Shown here piece after piece: positions 60,901-64,000 of a stretch of 64,000 nt of DNA. The notes below the pieces were generated by a model, which did no database searches, was not told the origin of the DNA, and saw nothing but the letters and a program-made list of their open reading frames with translations. A program made the translations under genes and the position numbers. Numbering within the stretch: position 1 is the first letter of the stretch; each line of letters begins with the position of its first letter. The stretch spans positions 480,001-544,000 of the forward strand of contig OZ253555.1 in assembly GCA_965262725.1 (NCBI GenBank), given 5' to 3'. Source of the stretch: Dehalococcoidia bacterium. GTDB taxonomy: Bacteria; Chloroflexota; Dehalococcoidia; UBA2979.

Positions 60901-63900
60901 CTATTCGGCGCTCGTGACGACGAGGATGGCGAGGACGGGGGCGAGGGCGGTGAGCAGGGCGGGCGCGGGCGCAGCGCTGTATGCGCGCGCGTCGAGGACG
61001 GAGCCCTCACGCCACCTGCGCTCGAGGCGGATACGGTTGCGATCCCACCACTCGCGTTGCAGCAGCACGGTGAGGCCCACGGCGAGCAGCAGGAACCCCG
61101 CAACCGCCAGCATCAGCCAGTACGGCACCGCCTCGGACTCGCGGTTGACCCACAGGAAGCGCAGCGCGATGCCGGAGAGCGTCGCGACCGCCGAGACCGC
61201 GAGCCAGCGTGCGTTCAGCACGATCGCAACGCCGAGCAGCGCGAGACCCTCGATGAGCAGCACGAGCCCCCAGCGTGCTCCGCCCGGTTCGAATCCCTGT
61301 TCGGCCTGCGGGAGCACGAGCAGCGCCGCTCCGGCGAGTTGCAGCAACTCGTGCCAGCCGAGGTTGGGGTGCAACTTCTCGTGGGTGCGCGAGACGAGAC
61401 CGACGAGGGCGAGGTAGAGCGCGGCGGGCACCGTGTATGCCTGCACGTTCCCGGGTTCCAGAGTCGCGATCGCGAGTTCGAGCGCGACCATGACCAGAGC
61501 CGACGCCGGCAGCATGGCCCAGCGGACGTCGAGTCGACGCCCATCGAACGCCGCGGCCCCGGCGAGCGGCAGCATCAGGAGCGCCACCGCCCGGAACTCG
61601 ACGAGGGTCGCCGCGTCGGCATCGAGCCCGTCGAGGCGGATGTCGAGCGCGTGCATCGCCGTCAGCGGCCCGAGCACGAGGCCGGCCCACGACAGGACGT
61701 GGACGGCCACCGACGAGGACTCCGTGCCGGAGCGTCGCCACGGCGAGAGTGCCCAGAAGGTGACCGCGCCCGCCGCGGAGTAGGCGACCGCGAGTGTCCA
61801 CGTCGGCCAGTCACCAACGGGCCAGAGCGCGGCCACGACCCCCAGGGCCACGGCCATCGCGGCGACGCCGGGCTCCCACTTCCGCAACCGCCACGCCTCG
61901 ACGGCGATCAGCGGCGCGAGCAGCAGCACCACCAGGACGAGCGTGCGGTACTCGACCGTCGTGACCGCCTCGATCTCCGTACCCGCGACGCGCGAGCCGA
62001 GGGCGGCGCCGGCGGTGACGACGGCGGCCGCGAGCGGCAGCCACGAGAGTGCGTGGGCGGCGGCGAAAGCCTCGGCCCCGGCCGGTTCGGGCGGGTCGTA
62101 CCGGCGTAGCCTGGTGAGTGCGCCGAAGAGCGGGACGGAGATCGCGGCATAGCCGACCGCGAGGCGCCACCACGGCCACGCCTGCGACTCCCACAGCGCC
62201 GCGAGCGCGAGCATGCCCAGCGCCACCGACGTGGCGGCGAGGCTCCACCGCCTGAGCGCGACGAATGCCGCGAGCACGTGCGCGGCCGGCAGCGCGAGCA
62301 GCACCGCGTCGTGTCCCCAGGACTCGTCGGCGGCGTAGACGGAGACGGCCGTCGCCAGGAGCAGCGGAGGCAGCAGGAGCCAGAGCAGCGCGGGTGCGCG
62401 CCTCGTGGCGGTGACCAGGGACGCCGACACCAGGGCCCCCACCACCGCGAACGCCCAGCCGGTGTCGGGCGGGGCGACCTCGAGCCCTCGTTGCGCGAAG
62501 CCGATGGCGACGAGCGATGCGCCGAAGGCGATCCATGCAAGCGCCGTGCGTTCGAGCGGGTGCGTCGGCCACGGATGGTCGGCCGGCGCCCGTCGCGCGA
62601 GATCCCACGTGAAGACGCCGCGACTGGCGTTGCGCCACGCGATGGCCGCGAACAGCGCGCCGGCCGCGAGGGTGGCGAGAGCCGCAATCCAGCTGTCGCC
62701 GCCCAGGTGCACGGGCATCCAGACGAAGGGCATCAGGCCGCCCGCAGCAGCGAGCAGCAGGGAACCGGGCGCGAGCCACGGGCGCCACGCGGTCCAGCGC
62801 GACCGCCCCGCGACCAGCGCTGCTCCGACGGCGAGCGGCGGGAAGCAGTACCACTGCGCGCCGACGTCGGCCGCCCAGAGCGCGGAGGTGGCCGTCGTCG
62901 CGACGAGCGCCGCAGCCGGCAGCAGCGCGAACGGCTGCCGCCATGCTCCGCCGAGCAGCGCGACCACCGCGAGCAGGAGCGCGTGCGTGACGGGCAGATG
63001 CCATCGCTCGCCGGAAGCGCCGTCGTAGTAGGAGAGGAGGTGCGCGAAGAGCAGCGCGAGGGAGGCGATGACCGCGATCGGCGCGACGGCGACGGGTTCG
63101 CGCCGGCGCGTGGCCACCAGCGCGACCGCTCCGGCGAGCGCGAAGGCCATCCACCACGGCCCACCCCACTGAAGCGGCAGCTCGACCGTGACCGCCAGGG
63201 AACCCCACGCGCTGAGCAGCGCGATGCCCGCCGGAATGATGTAGAGGCGTCCGAGACCGCGCGCGAAGAGGAAGCCGTAGAACGCCGCGCTGTAGGTCGA
63301 GGCGATGAACCACACGAGCTCGCCGGGCACCTCGCGGCCTTCGAGCACCTCGTTGTGCAGCAGCAGGAAGTTGAGCGGCGTCATGAGCGCGCCGATCGCG
63401 AGGAAGACGGGGCCGGCCTCGCGCACCCTCGGCCAGCGGCGGAGCAACCAGCCGGCGAGCAGGAAGCCGCCGGTGTAGGCGGCGAGGATCACGACGCGCC
63501 AGCCGCCGGCGCGCGTCTCGTCCTGGCTCGAGACGAAGATCAGCGCCGAGATCACGAGCAGGAACGCTCCGACGTACAGCAGCACGTCGGCCTGCCGACG
63601 CGCCGCCCAGTCGCCGATCGTGGCCGCAGGGGGGCGCCGGGCCGCCGGTGGGGGCGCAGCCATCGCCTGGCCCGTGGCGGCGGTCCCGGGGCGCACGGGC
63701 TCGGCGTCGGGGGGCGCGGTGGGTGCGCCCGGTGGGCGTGGGGGCCGGGCCATGTCCGCGCGGCGGCGGTCGTAGTGGTCGCGCAGTCGCGCGGCCGAGC
63801 CGGCGTCTATGAGCTCGGCCGCGCGCCACTCGGCGATGGCTCCGAGCAGGGCGTCGATCGCGTCGGGGCTATCGGCGAGGCCGGCGGCCTCCCGCCGCGT

Positions 63901-63994
63901 TCCGCAGCTGGCACAGCGGCCGGCGTCGGGAGGACGGATCGATCCGCAGGTCGGGCAGGGGGTCGGGGGCCAGTCCCGGGGAGCCGTGATGCAT
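60901..63994 (-). CDS. Large polytopic membrane protein (DUF2157-like) with N-terminal zinc ribbon; probable frameshift near the start
   Basis: The reading frame stays open upstream of 63753 through CPTCG...CASCG and W...LID...RLR.HY; ATG at 63994 is one base out of frame; LLYVGAFLLV and many TMs. Confidence 0.7.
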
Positions 63995-64000
63995 CACCTC

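Overview
High-GC bacterial chromosomal window. The gene content suggests Chloroflexota (Dehalococcoidia/Tepidiformales-like), possibly host/sponge-associated; this is inference only. Positions 1-37.3 kb are mostly housekeeping: coaX-coaBC, pepA, rpsO-pnp-dapB-asd-dapA, purA, an M16 peptidase, pyrG, rho, LysM/M23, fabH, an ECF sigma factor, and CIRCE-hrcA-grpE-dnaK-dnaJ-prmA. This part also holds a secreted protein with three 750-bp tandem repeats. From 37.4 kb onward the region is accessory. It carries a vapBC pair and two divergent giant surface enzymes (PQQ/GSDH-type and kexin-like S8) that share a cadherin stalk and a conserved C-terminal module. A lipoprotein resembling a separately encoded protease propeptide/chaperone precedes the S8 gene. 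A threonine synthase gene is split by a complete IS21 element (44387-46990, 7-bp target duplication). An 862-nt ORF-less group II intron (57614-58475) is inserted antisense into a phosphotriesterase-family gene. Four single-base frameshifts, mostly at homopolymers, may be assembly errors. All calls come from manual motif reading; no database searches were run.
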